The position numbers were made by a program, and so were the translations under genes. The notes under the pieces were generated by a model, which worked only from the letters and a program-made list of their open reading frames with translations, was not told where the DNA came from and made no database searches. DNA of 64,000 nucleotides from the human T2T-CHM13v2.0 reference genome, Homo sapiens, in the NCBI RefSeq assembly GCF_009914755.1, contig NC_060927.1. The stretch is one strand, 5' to 3'. Position 1 is the first letter of the stretch, and each line of letters starts with the position of its first letter. Shown here one piece after another: positions 26,775-45,699 of this stretch.

Positions 26775-27135
26775 TAAAAAATTTATTTCTATAGGTTTTG
26801 GGGGCGCACATGCTATTTGGTTACACGAGTAAGTTCTTTAGGGGTGACTGGTGAGATTTTGGTGCACCCATCACCCAAGCAGTGTACACTGAACCCAATT
26901 TGTGGTCTTTTATCCCTCATCCCCTTCCCACCCTTTCCCCTAAGTCCCCAAAGTCCATTGTGTCATCCTTACGCCTTTGCATCCTCATACCTTAGCTCCC
27001 ACTTATGAGGAAGAACACACAATGTTTGGTTTTCCATTCCTGAGTTACTTCACCTAGAATAATAGTCTCAAATGCCATCCAGGTTGCTGCAAATGCCATT
27101 AATTCATTCATTTTTATGGCTGACTAGTATTCCAT

Positions 27136-27182
<47 letters not shown>

Positions 27183-27312
27183 CACATTACCACATTTTCT
27201 TTATCCACTCATTGATTGATGGATGTTTGGGTTAATTCCACATTTTTGCAATTGTGCATTGTTCCGCTATAAACTCGCATACTCACATACTCACGTGTGC
27301 AAGTATCTTTTT
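26775..27312 (-). mobile_element. L1PB/MA 3' fragment containing (CA)n at 27145-27180
   Basis: gagattttggtgcacccatcacccaagcagtgtacac...cttagctcccacttatgag. Confidence 0.88.
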
Positions 27313-28558
27313 AGCAAAAAATGTATTTAAGTTTTAAGAAGTTTTTAAAAAGAAACACTGAGAATGTGTTCTAGATTAAATGAGAATAAGGAAACATCAC
27401 ATGTAAATGAGGCATTTGATCCTGGGTTAGATCCTGTACCAGAAAAAGGATACCAATGGGACAATAGGTGAGATTAGAATCAGGCTTATAAACTAGAAAA
27501 TAGTATTTTATGAGTGTAAATTTCCTGATTTTTGTTTATAATACTAGGGATATTAAGAGGTTAGCATTTGGGGAATCGGAATATAAAGTATATAAGAATT
27601 CTTTATGCTATTTTTCAACTCTCATAAGTTCAAAATTATTTCAAAACACAAACTAACAAAGTTAAAAAATTATATATGCTGTTCTTGGCAAAGTAGGTTA
27701 TTTTTGTTTTTATTTTAGCTAGTGTTTTATTAGTATGTTCTAAATTTAACAAAGTAAAATACATTATTGATTTGATTATGTGATATTTTCTTATGACTTA
27801 ATGATTTCGTAACATGAACCACCCTCATATCCCTGGAATAATTCCTGCATGGCCATTTAAAAAAAACAATAGATAGCAGTAACAATAAAAAAATTATGCT
27901 GTGAAAACCAAATATTGATGTTTAGTTCAAACTGACGTTTAAATACTGTTGTCTGAGGGCTCTGAGCCACAGGTCCAAGCCTCTGTTTAAAAAAGAAATG
28001 GCAAATATTACTGAAGTTTTTAAGGATCCATTTACATGAATCTGAGGCTATTTCTTCAAAAGAACTGAAAGAGAATTAGTAAGGAAACAGCTTTGTCTCT
28101 GGTTTTGAATCCAATATTATTTGATATGCCATCCAGAAAGACCAGATGCCTTAATTCAGCCTATCTTGTCCTACAAGGGAGATCAGGTGGAGGAGGTATC
28201 TGTTTCTTTAGGGTTTCATTTCACAAAATGTGAGGAAGTGGTTTATGCCAGACAACGTATCTGGCTAAATGTGGATTAGCACTTTCCAGATTTCATCACC
28301 GCAAGCCAGTGGTTATTTCTTAATCCTGATTTGAGTGGGTCCTTGTTTTATTATTATACTTTAAGTTCTAGGGTACATGTGCACAACGTGCAGGTTTGTT
28401 ACATATGTATACATGTGCCATGTTGGTGTGCTGCACCCATTAACTCATCATTTACATTAGGTATTTCTCCTAATGCTATCCCTCCCCCTCCCCCCCACCC
28501 CACAACAGGCCCTGGTGTGTGATGTTCCCCACCCTGCGTCCAAGTGTTCTCATTGTTC

Positions 28559-32387
<3,829 letters not shown>

Positions 32388-32450
32388 TATGATGTTAGCT
32401 GGTTATTTTGCTCGTTAGTTGATGCGGTTTCTTCCTAGCATTGATGGCCT

Positions 32451-33476
32451 TTACAATTTGGCATGTTTTTGCAGTGGCTGGTACCGGTTGTTCCTTTCCA
32501 TGTTTAGTGCTTCCTTCAGGAGCTCTTGTAAGGCAGGCCTGGTGGTGACAAAATCTCTCAGCAGTTGCTTGTCTGTAAAGGATTTTATTTTTCCTTCACT
32601 TATGAAGCTTAGTTTGGCTGGATATGAAATTCTGGGTTGAAAATTCTTTTCTTTAAGAATGTTGAATATTGGCCCCCCACTCTCTTCTGGCTTGCAGAGT
32701 TTCTGCCGAGAGATCAGCTGTTAGTCTGATGGGCTTCCCTTTGTGGGTAACCCGACCTTTCTCTCTGGCTGTGCTTAACATTTTTTCCTTCATTTCAACT
32801 TTGGCGAAGCTGACAATTACATGTCTTGGAGGTGCTCTTCTCAAGGAGTATCTTTGTGGCATTCTCTGTATTTCCTGAATTTGAATGTTGGCCTGCCTTG
32901 CTAGGTTGGGGAAGTTCTCCTGGATAGTGTCCTGAAGAGTGTTTTCCAACTGAGTTCCATTCTCCCCATCACTTTCAGGTACACCAATCAGATGTAGATT
33001 TGGTCTTTTCACATAGTCCCATATTTCTTGGAGGCTTTCTTCATTTCTTTTTACTTTATTTTCTCTAAACTTCTCTTCTGACTTCATTTCATTCATTTGA
33101 TCTTCAGTCACTGAAACCCTTTGTTCCACTCGATCTAATTGGCTACTGAAGCTTGAGCATGCGTCACATAGTTCTCGTGCCATGGTTTTCAGCTCCATCA
33201 GGTCATTTAAGGTCTTGTCTACACTGTTTATTCTAGTTAGCCATTCATCTAATCTTTTCTGAAGGTTTTAGCTTCTTTGCAATGGGTTCGAACATCCTCT
33301 TTTAGCTCTGAGAAGTTTGTTACTACCGATTTTCTGAGGCCTACTTCTGCCAGCTTGTCAAAGTCATTCTCCATCCAGCTTTGTTCCATTGCTGTCGAGG
33401 AGATGCATTCCTTTGGAGGAGAAGAGGTGCTCTGATTTTTAGAATTTTCAGCTTTTCTGCTCTGGTTTCTCTCCAT
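32451..33476 (-). pseudogene. L1 ORF1 (RNA-binding protein), frameshifted
   Basis: MERNQSRKAENSKNQS N-terminus; EIWDYVKRPNL and ARQANIQIQEIQR; breaks near 33255 and 32675. Confidence 0.95.
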
Positions 33477-34484
33477 CTTTGTTGTTTTATCTACCTTTGA
33501 TCTTTGATGATGGTGACGTACAGACTGGGTTTTGGTGTGGATGTCCTTTCTGTTTGTTAGTTTTCCTTCTAACAGTCAGGACTCTCAGCTGCAGGTCTGT
33601 TGGAGTTTGCTGGAGGTCCACTCCAGACTCTGTTTGCCTGGGTATCACCAGTGGAGGCTGCAGAACAGCAAATATTGCAGAACGGCAAATGTTGCTGACT
33701 GATCCTTCCTCTGGAAGCTTTGTCTCAGAGAGGCATCTGGCTGTTTGAGGTGTCATTTGGCCCGTACTGGGAGGTGTCGCCCAGTTAGGCTACTCGGGGG
33801 TCAGGGACCCACTTGAGGAGGCAGTCTGTCCATTTTTCAGATCTCAAGCTGCGTGCTGGGAGAACCACTACTCTCTTCAAAGCTGTCAGACAGGGACATT
33901 TAAGTCTGCAGGTTTCTGCTGTCTTTTGTTTGGCTATGCCCTGCCCCTAGAGGTGGAGTCTACAGAGGCAGGCAGGTCTCCTTGAGCTGTGGTGGGCTCC
34001 ACCCAGTACAAGTTTCCTGGCTGCTTTGTTTACCTACTTAAGCCTCAGCAATGGTGGACGCCCCGCCCCTAGCCTCGCTGCTGCCTTGCAGTTCGATCTC
34101 AGACTGCTGTGCTAGCAGTGAGCAAGGCTCCGTGGGTGTGGGACCCTCCAAGCCAGGTGCGGGATATAATCTCCTGGTGTGCTGTTTCCTAGGACCATTG
34201 GAAAAGTGCATTATTAGGGTGGAAGTGTCCCAGTTTTCCAGGTACCATCTGTCACGGCTTCCCTTGGCTAGGAAAGGGAATTCCCTGACCTCTTGTGCTT
34301 CCCAGGTAAGGTGATGCCCCGCCCTGCTTTGGCTAACACTCTGTGGGCTGCACCCACTGTCCGACAAGCCCCAGTGAGATGAACCCGGTACCTCAGTTGG
34401 AAATGCAGAAATCACCCGTCTTCTGCGTCGCTCACGCTGGGAGCTGTAGACTGGAGCTGTTCCTATTCGACCATCTTGGAACCC
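33477..34484 (-). promoter_or_regulatory. L1 5'UTR carrying internal sense (-) and antisense (+) promoters
   Basis: About 1.0 kb of L1PA 5'UTR; YY1 motif at the 5' end reads AAGATGGTC instead of AAGATGGCC. Confidence 0.85.
34051..34314 (+). CDS. L1 antisense ORF0 homolog, 87 aa, uninterrupted
   Basis: MVDAPPLASLLPCSSISDCCAS...SVGVGPSKPG matches primate L1 ORF0 (MAGAPPPASLPPCSLISDCCAS); Kozak-like GCAATGG; expression unknown. Confidence 0.6.
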   Translation: MVDAPPLASLLPCSSISDCCASSEQGSVGVGPSKPGAGYNLLVCCFLGPLEKCIIRVEVSQFSRYHLSRLPLARKGNSLTSCASQVR

Positions 34485-34789
34485 TTGAGTGGGTCTTAAA
34501 GAGGCAGCTGGTGAGATTGAGGTGGGGTACTCATTACCAGGCAGTCCTTTGCCTTCTTCTGGTCCCCATGTGTGTCCATGGGATCAAGCTGAGCCCAGTC
34601 TCACAAGTGGCCCCACCAGTATGATAGATCCATTCCCAGGTCCCCCAGGGGCAGGTCATTTGCTGAGAAAAAAGCATGACATATAGTTTTGGTCACTTAC
34701 GGGACATGTTCCCATGGCTTTGTCACCAAAATCTCCTAGGCTGCTTTCTCCCTGCCTTCTTGTGTTTGAACAGGGATTCTTTTGGGCCT

Positions 34790-35032
34790 ACAGTGGGGTT
34801 TCTCAGGCTCCGGCTGATTGACATTTAGGGCAGGAGAATTCTTTGTTGTGGGAGGCTGTCCTGTGCATTGTACGATGTTTGGTACCATCCTTGGCTTCTA
34901 CTCAGTAGTGCCAGAAACACCTCATGCTCACCCCCCAACCCCTGCCTATGTGACACCAAAATGTCTCCAGATCTTGCCACATGTTCCATGGGGGAAAAAA
35001 ATCTACCCACCCACCGTTGTTAAGCATCACTG
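34790..35032. mobile_element. MER20
   Basis: cagtggggtttctca...aattctttgttgtgggaggctgtcctgtgcattgta...gttaagcatcactg. Confidence 0.85.
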
Positions 35033-35981
35033 GCCTAAAAGCATGAAATTTCTTGGTGTGCTTTGGGAATGAAACAGAACCAAGCTCCAAGGCTCAGCAT
35101 CTCCTTGATCCCCTCCCTGTTCAGACACTTCCTGTCCCACCTGTGACACCAGCTAGTCACTGGATGGGCACAGCTAGTAAGTGGGCAATGGCTGGTGAGG
35201 TGACATGCTGTCATCTTGCTTACCCCTGAAACCCCAGTGCCAACACATGACACAGCCCACGGCTGATGCTGGCACCATTTGTATGGGATGAATTAATCTG
35301 ACAGGCAGTAGGAGCCATTTTCAGGACATTTCATGGGTCTAGAGTGGCATTTAAGGAAGGAGTTTTGGAATGAATTGTGTGGTGGACTGATGGAATGAAG
35401 CAGCTAGTCCAGTAAATAAAAAATGGAGATTTAAGCAATGCTGTTGTCCTCAGTTGCTCCAGGCGAGGCAACGTGATAGGATTTTGCATCTCTTCTTCCA
35501 TTTGGTCATTAAGACAACCTTATCAGGTAGGTGGTGTTATCTCAATTTTCTAGATGAAAACACTGAGGTAAGTCAGTTAAGCAACTAACTCAAAGTCAAA
35601 CCGGGTACATTAACCATCACCAAGAAGCTGTGCGACTTTCAGATAGCACTCTCTGTTCCCCATTTTCCTTATTTCTAAAATTAGTGAACTATATCAGTTG
35701 TTTGGAGCCCTAAAACTCTTCCATAAACCAGGCAGCTTAAAGCAACAGAAATGTATTCTCTCACAATTCTGAAGGCTAGAAGTCCAACATCAGGACATCA
35801 ACAGGGCCACACTCCTTGCAAAGGCTGGAGGAGAGAATTCATCCTTGCTTCCTCCAGCTTTTGGGGGCTCCAGCTGATTGTGGCCACATCACTCCAATCT
35901 CTGCCTCCATCTTCACATGGCCTTCTGCTATTTATCTTCTTCTTCTCGTCTGTCTCTTATAAGGACCCTTATTGGATTTAA

Positions 35982-36282
<301 letters not shown>

Positions 36283-36360
36283 ACTTATTGGATTTAGAGC
36301 CCACCCAGCTAATCCATGATGATGTCATCTCCAGATTCTTAATTATATGTGAAGACTTTC

Positions 36361-36673
<313 letters not shown>

Positions 36674-38103
36674 TATATGTGAAGACTTTCTCCAATAAGG
36701 CCATATTCACAGATTCTGGGGATTAAAAATGATCACACCTTTTGGGAGTCTGTCATTTAACCCACTGCACTGGGTCTCTGCTTCCCATTTTGGAATGGAA
36801 GAAACTCAGTAACACTGACAATTCTAGACAGCTCTAAAATGTTGAAACCCTCTACCTTGCATTAGGATTATGGCACTGAGAGAAGAGAGAGAGAAAAAAA
36901 TTCAAGAGACACTGAGGTGAAAGAAAGGACGTGTCTCAGCAGTGGCTTTTATAGTAACCTGGTTTCACCAACTGCATTCTAGTGCTAGGCCCAAAGCTGA
37001 GGTGGTTGACTCCCTGTCTGCCTTCCAAGCTTACAGCACAAGGGTTTCTTAGAAAAGCTACACTGGAACTTCTCGGACACATAGCTCATCTCAAAGCCTG
37101 AGAATTCTCCCCAGGTTTTCAGCTCCATTTCCCAATGAGCTGCCATCAAAAATAAACCAAGTTATCATTCAGAAAATGCCTGCTGTTATACTCAAATTTG
37201 CATACCCCAGATGAGGCTGCAAAGCCATTTATCTCTCAAGAGCAGCCTGCTGTGGTCCCTTTTATATTTTTATGGGATTGTCCTTAAATGGCTGATTAGT
37301 TTGGGGGTGATTTATAAATGCTTCAAGCTTGGCAATTTCTCCCTAAATGATTGGACAGATTTGTGTCTGGCTTTAAGCAGCCTGGGCTTTTTGTTTCTTT
37401 AGTGCGTCACCTCACCAGCCACCACCCCCAATTCATGGCGGCCTCTTTTTCCAGTCTAAGTCAGCTTAGTCTTTCACCAAGTTTTCCCAAGGCTTTAAAA
37501 TTGCAAGCCTTTGGCCATTTATTTTTTGGAAAGGCAGAGTACCAGGTACAGTTTCTTCTTTCCCTTCCTTTCTTATTCAGGGACAAGAGAGAATTGTGCA
37601 GACGCTGGATCAGTTATTTATCCTTTTTGGGCCTTGGTTTACTCATTTGAAAAAGGTGAAATGATATAATCTTGTTCTCACTAAGCAGTGGAGAAAGGAA
37701 TTAGCTTCTGTTAGGAAATTGCTTGGCACTATTCTGTGTTCACAGTACACCCCCAATCTTAGCTGCTATTTTTACTGTTATGATGATTTGGCAAGAGGTG
37801 AGCATGAAAGGTGAGGACACTTTCAGCTTCATGTACTTGGACTCCATATGATCTACTTACAGTTATTCATGCTTGGCCTCATCAAAGTGAAGCTTATCTA
37901 TGGTAGGTCCAGCTTTCTACCTATCTGTGATGATATATCCTCATTTATTAATTTACTTTATGTTTTGTTCTATTTTTAATTTAATTTTTAATCTTACTAA
38001 AGTAATAAATGTATACCAGATGTCATGTTCCCATTCTTGGATCTTCCTCTATAGAGGCAAACTACTTTTTTCACTTTTCTCTGTTTCTTATGTGATGTTT
38101 ATT

Positions 38104-38395
38104 TCCTTTTCTTTGAGACAGAGTCTTGCTCTGTCGCCTAGGCTGCAGTGCAGCGGCACAATCTCGGCTCACTGCAAGCTCTGCCTCCTGGGTTAACGCC
38201 ATTCTCCTGCCTCAGCCTCCCAGGTAGCTGGGACTACAGGCGCCTGCCACCAAGCCTGGCTAATTTTTTGTATTTTTAGTAGAGATGGGGTTTCACCGTG
38301 TTAGCCAGGATGGTCTTGATCTCCTGACCTCATGATCTGCCCCCCTCGGCCTCTCAAAGTGCTGGGATTACAGGCGTGAGCCACCGCGCCCGGCC
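38104..38395 (-). mobile_element. AluY-like
   Basis: gcaagctc, cgccattctcc and accgtgttagccaggatgg diagnostics. Confidence 0.95.
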
Positions 38396-38399
38396 TTAT

Positions 38400-40190
38400 T
38401 TCCATATTTTTAAGAAATACACTTACCTGGCTATTTCTTGGCTTATTCATTTTAGACTATTTATTGACTTCCTAAAATGGAAGGTGATATATGTACTTCT
38501 CATATGTCCGCCACCACACACAGACACAGCCCACGTGCAAGCTTCCCCTTTCCACATTCTTCCATTACTATGTCATAAGTTTTGGTCAATTACTATTCTG
38601 TGTTAATATTGTTTTTATTATGAAAATATTGTTCACTGCCAAACCATGGAACATACTATAGCTAACTTTTCCTTTCTTTTACAGCCTTTTCTTTTTCTGA
38701 TAGTTAATAATTGCTTTGATTATTTATTTTAATTTGCTTAATTTTCCATGTTCTTGTCATTAATTTTTTCTCAAACACTGATAAAAGTATAAGACTCTTC
38801 ACAACATAGGCTAACACATAAGGCAAACCATCAGTTTTATTTCTGGAAAGGCATTCCTGCACCCACCTGAGCTAGTTGTCCTGTAGGTCAGCTGTACAAT
38901 TATCTTTCAGAGATTTCCTTTTACCATCAAATGGGGGGTTTCCTTTTCCTCTTTTGATTGATGCTCTTTCTCTTGGATCTCTTAGAAATTATTATTGGTT
39001 TACTCACTCATTTTAGTGGCACACATCTCCCAGTAACTTGCTAAGAAAGGATACATTGAACACCAAAATATTAAGACTTTATATGTCTGAAAATATAAAG
39101 ACTTTTTTTTTTTTTTTTTTTAGACAGAGTCTCACTCTGTCACCAGGCTGGAGTGCAGTGGTGTGATCTTGGCTCACTGCTACCTCTGCCTCCTGGATTT
39201 AAGCAATTTTCCTGCCTCAGCCTCCTGCGTAGCTGAGACTACAGGCACATGCCACGACACCCAGCTAATTTTTGTGTTTTTAGTAGTGATGGGTTTTCAC
39301 CATGTTGGCCAGGATGTTCTCGATCTCTTGACCTCGTGGTCCGCCCACCTCAGCCTGCAAAAGTGCTGGGATTACAGGCGTGAGCCACCACGCCTGGCCA
39401 TAAAGACTTTTTTTATTACATTTGATTAATAATTTATTAGGCTATGTAATTTTGGGTTGGAAGTAATTATTTCTCAGAATATTCAAGACCTTACTCCATT
39501 GCTTTCTGCTTTTCAGGTTTGCTGTTGAGAAGTCTAATGCTAATTCCTGTTTGCAGGTGATGTGTTGTAAATATTTGTCTCTTAGGAAGTCCTTAGCTTA
39601 AAGTCTTCTCTCTATTGCTAGTGTTCTGAAATGTCCTAATGATACACCTTAAAGCAGACTTTGTCAATTCCTTCTGCTCCACATCCAGAGGCCATTTCAT
39701 TCTAGAGATTCAGGTTTTGCAGCTCTGGCACATTTTATTGCTTTTTATCATTGATGGTTTTCTTTCCATTATTGTCTCTGTTTGCTCCTCTGAGTCTCTG
39801 ATTTTGGACTCTCCGGATTGAGCCTCTGATTTGATTGATTCTCTTCTGCTTCCCATATATTTTGTCTTTTTGTTATACTTTGAGAGATTTTTCGCAACTC
39901 TTTGTACCATTTCTTGTATTGATTTTTTATTATTGTATTTTAAATTTCTAGACACTCTTTGTTATTCTCAAAGTGCTTCCTTTTACAGAATCCTATTCTT
40001 GTTTCATGGATGTGATTTTTTTTAAAGCTAACTATTGTGATTATGGTATTTGAATTCCTCCTTTCCTTCCTCCCCAACTCACCACCATCTATTTGTCTTG
40101 GTTTTGATCGTTTGTTTTCGGAGGTTTATTCACATATCTGGTTTGATTGTCCATTCATATTTTGGGAATCAGGGAAAAAGCTGCTTGAAA
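38400..40190 (-). mobile_element. Ancient L1M fragments, interrupted by Alu 39103-39399
   Basis: T-rich antisense L1-like text (ttgctgttgagaagtctaatgc, gggttggaagtaattatttctcagaat). Confidence 0.55.
39103..39399 (-). mobile_element. AluSc-like
   Basis: Antisense Alu; TSD ataaagactttt. Confidence 0.95.
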
Positions 40191-40193
40191 TTG

Positions 40194-40745
40194 AGTGTGT
40201 GTGTTTGGGGTGTTTGAAGTATGTGTGCATGCCTGGAATATGTGTGTGGTATTTGGGGGGTGTGTGTGTGTGTGTTTGGGATATGTATTTGGGGTGTGTG
40301 TTTGGGATGTGTACATATATAGACACGTTGCTTAATGATGAGGACAAATTTGGAGAAATCTACCATTAGGCAATTTTGTCTTTGTGTGAACATCATAGAT
40401 TGTACTCACACAAACCTAGGTTGTATAGCCTACAATGCACCTAGGCTCTGTGGTACAGCCTGTGGCTCCTAAGCTACAAACCTCTATGGCTTGTTACTGT
40501 TCTGAATACTGCAGCCAACTGTAACACAATGGTAAGTATTTGTGCATTGAAATATATCTCAACATAGAAAAGGTACAGTAAAAATGCAGTATGATAATCT
40601 TATGGGACCACTGTCACATATATGGTTTGCCATTGACTGAAATGTCATTATGCACTGTATGACTGTGTATGTCTTTGGAAGGGTGTGTATGCATTTGGGG
40701 TATATGTGGATTTGGGGGTGTGTGTGTCTGGAGTATGTTTGGCAG
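40194..40745 (+). repeat. Degenerate GT-rich repeat split by Tigger3a
   Basis: tgtgtgtttgggg-like units at 40194-40315 and 40665-40745. Confidence 0.8.
40316..40666. mobile_element. Tigger3a (MER7A)-like
   Basis: gtgaacatcatagattgtactcacacaaacctag...catagaaaaggtacagtaaaaat...atgggaccactgtc. Confidence 0.88.
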
Positions 40746-41195
40746 GGAAAGATTGGTGGCTTCACTGTAAAGTAAGCAAGCCCACTCCAGCCATTTTGCC
40801 ATGATACTCTTCAAATGTAAGTGTCTGGAGGTTTTTTTCTGTTGGATCAGTCAACCTAGGAATCTTTCAGTCTCCTGCCTCAGGAAGAATAAGCTCAGCT
40901 CCCAGGATGATTCTAGGGACCACAGTGGGCAGAAGGAACAGGGGCTCTCATTATTTGGTATGCAGAATTTTACTGCATCCCTCTTTTCTGTTCAATGCTT
41001 CATCTATATTTTTGCTGTGCCTTAAGAGTTTTCAGGTTTGGAAAACATGTCTGATTTGACAACTACAGATATAAAAACCCCATTAACTCTTGGGGTTAGA
41101 ATGGGTTCCAAACTGGCTGTGAGGTGTTGCGAAAAGTGCCCTGGAAGTCTAACGGTTCCTTTCATGAACTCTGAGTTAAAAGTTTAGTCTCTTTT

Positions 41196-41493
<298 letters not shown>

Positions 41494-41919
41494 TTAGTCT
41501 CTTTTTAGTCTTATCCCTTGTCCTTCTTTTAGAGATATCTGGTGCTCCAATTCCTGCATCTTTCTGGGGTCCAGCACACATTGGCAACCCCCACCACCCA
41601 AACACATTTAGGTCTCAGCGTTTTGTGTTCAGAAGTTTGCTGATATCTTTTAACTGTTGGCATCTTATCTCCTATTCTCTTTGTCCTTGTGAATTTCTAT
41701 CTTCTTGTACCTTTCTTGATATTTAAATGGAATTTCGGAAGGAAGCAGAAATAACTGCATATTTTCAATCAATGCTTTCCGAAGTCTCAATTACTCTGTG
41801 TTAACATATCTTACAGTCTACACACCACTGAGGAATGTGATAGAAAGCAGGGAAGACTGATTTTTTCTGTTTTTGCTGGGCTCTATGCATTATGGTAGGG
41901 CTGTACAAATTAGGTTTTT

Positions 41920-42550
41920 TCAACATATATTTATTGAGCACCTCCCATATGCTAGACATAATTTTAAATGGAGAGGGGCAGATGCAGAGGTTAACAGATA
42001 ATATCTTTTCCTTGGGGGAACTTGTATTCTAGGTGGTGGTGGGGAGACAGGCTGTAAACAAAAAAGTAATGTCAACATTGTCAGGTGGTTTTAAGTGCTG
42101 TGCAATGTGGAAACGAAAATATATGAGTACTGGAAAGTTATGAGGGGACATGTTTTGACTGGGTAGTCAGGGCAGTCCTCCCTGGAAAGGGGACTTTCAG
42201 TTGACCTCTGAGTAATCAGAAGGAGCCAGCTATGGCAAAGCCTGCACAAGCACAGGGAACATCTAGAACAGAAGCTCCAAGGTAGAAACATAAAGCATCC
42301 AAGAAACACAGAGAGAGGTGGCTGGGGTACAGAGGGTTATGGGAGAGAGCAGTTTTAGAAGTGGTTGAGTATTCAGCAGGATGAGACTGTGTGGGTTTCT
42401 AGGAGAGGTGAGGCATTTGAATCTCACCCTAAGTTGAAGCTTTGATAAGTTTAAATTTTTGCTGCGGGGGAGGTAGAGGAAGTAGCATGATCTGATTGCA
42501 ACTTTTCTAAGTCCACTCCGGATGATATTCTGAGCAGAAAGGATGATAGG
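41920..42550 (-). mobile_element. L2 fragment (continues at about 43530-44900)
   Basis: tcaacatatatttattgagcacctcccatatgctagaca; purine-rich antisense L2 body. Confidence 0.7.
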
Positions 42551-42554
42551 AGGT

Positions 42555-43525
<971 letters not shown>

Positions 43526-43706
43526 AGAGGCTAGAATGGAACCCACAAGGCCAGTAGAAAACTTTCAGTAACTCAGGTAGAGGTGCTGATGGCTCAGCCA
43601 GATGGCGAGCAGGCAGCTGAAGTGGATGGGATTTGATTGGCAATAGAGAAGGCGGGACATACAATTGGATTAGATGTGGAACAAGAAGAATCAAGAATAA
43701 TGTTGG

Positions 43707-43921
43707 ATGCAAAGACATAAGAATGATACAATGAACTTTGGGGACTCAGGGGAAAGGATGGGTTGGGAGTGAGGGATAAAAGACTACAAATTGAGTTCAG
43801 TGTATACGGCTCAAGTGATGGGTGCACCAAAATCTCACTAATCACCACTAAAGAACTTACTCATGTAACCAAATACCTCCTGTTCCCCAAAACCTATGGA
43901 AATAATTTTTTTTTTTTAAAA
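43707..43921 (+). mobile_element. L1PB 3' end, ~215 bp, 5'-truncated
   Basis: gggataaaagactacaaattg...accactaaagaacttactcatgtaacc; TSD aagaataa(t/c)gttgg at 43693-43706 and 43922-43935. Confidence 0.9.
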
Positions 43922-45699
43922 AAGAATAACGTTGGGATTTTGGGTTTCTTTGGGGGATTTTAGAGGAGCAAGTTTTCAGAAAAAGCAATTGGCAGCACTG
44001 TTCGGGAATGTTAATGTTTGAAAGTAAGGCTTTTAATTAAAAGTATAAACCTTAGCTATGTATAGAAAAGCAACAGCCATCATCAGTGATGAATTTTTAC
44101 TGAGTGAACATGTTCACATAAGCACTTCACAGATCAAGGCACTGAACCTTACCGGCACCCAGAATGTGTTAGTTTGAGAAGTCTCCTAGACACCCGAGTA
44201 GGGATATTAAGTAAGTGTCTAGAGGACAAGCTACAGGGAAAACTTTAGGAGCCATTTGGCATATACATGATGTTTAAAGCCATGGAACTAGATGAAATTA
44301 ACAACAAAGAGATGATGGCTAGAACCCAGAAGGTTTTTCCTTACTGTCATAGCTTGGGGGGTACAGACAGTTGGATTTGGAGCAGAATGGGCAGACTCAT
44401 ACTAGGAAACTCAGCAGGGCCATTAGGTAGGAGAGGCAGTGGCTCCCTGGTGGGCTGGAGGGCAAGATTGTGCTTTGAGGAGAGAATGGTCAAATATGCT
44501 GAAAGCTGCTAAAAGAATGAGTAAAAGAGACTAGAAATGTGTTCTTTGCCCTGAGTGACATGAAGGACCCTGGTGACACTGAGGAGCCATTTCACCTGTT
44601 GGTGGGGGAGATGTACAGCTGGTGTCAGTGAAGAAAGAAGTAGGATGGTGAAGAAGTGGAAACAGCAAGAGGACACAAAATTAGATAACTGTTGTGAAGG
44701 GGAGCAGAAACATGCTATGGTGTTTGGCGGGGGTGATGGGATTAACCTGGAGGATTTTCTAAAGATGAGAGATAGGCATACAAGTTTGTGAGCTCTTGGG
44801 AATGATCCAGTGGAAGTGATGACTCAGGAAAGAGTGAGTCTATGTACCAGGGAAGTGGAGGGGTCCAGAGCACAAATGTATTTTAAAGAATAAGGATATA
44901 TCTCTGATGATAACAAATCATAGGCAGAGAGAGTGAGTTTTTCTTGCAGGGAAGGTGCTGGATTCACATCTCCCTGGTTTCATTTTTTTCCTGAAGTATT
45001 AGGCAAGGACATTGTCTGGGAAGTGCGTAGAGAGGAGAGAGATACAGGGGTATGAGAATGGAGAAGAAGGTGCAAAAGAATAATTGAGAAACTAAGGAAG
45101 TAAACATACCAGAGAGGTGCTGTTGGCCATGAAGTTCAGTGTCTACTTGAGATTTGCAAGTGTGAATTTCAAATGAAACCAATCAGCACGGTTGTAACTT
45201 TGTTTCTCCAGCCATGTTCAAATGCTTGGGTACCAGTGAGGCATAGGTGAACATACATCATAAATGACATACTTAGCTCCAGCAACAACCCTAGGAGGGA
45301 TGAGGTCAGCTCTCCAGAGATACAGAGCTTGCCAGTGGTGGAGCTGGAGCAAGGCCACTTGATTACAGCGTGGTGCGTGCTCTGCTCCCCTCTGCAGAGC
45401 CACCATCACAGTATAGAGACAGAGTGCAAGCAGAGAGAGAGAACAGGTGACTGCCTTAAATTTGGTGCTTTTTGGCTTTTAATCTGACAAGTGCTTTTCC
45501 TGATTTCCATCAGGAAGCAGAACTGATTTCTGGCTTCTTCCACGTCTGATTGTCAAAGGAGATCTTCTTCGCTTTGCTTCCATTTGTAAAGGATCAGTTT
45601 GCCACACACATTCTAGCACATCATTTGGGGATTATGTGACATGTGGTGACATCTACCTGTGTTATCTTCTTGACTGATGGAAATAGTAAGGAATTCAAT

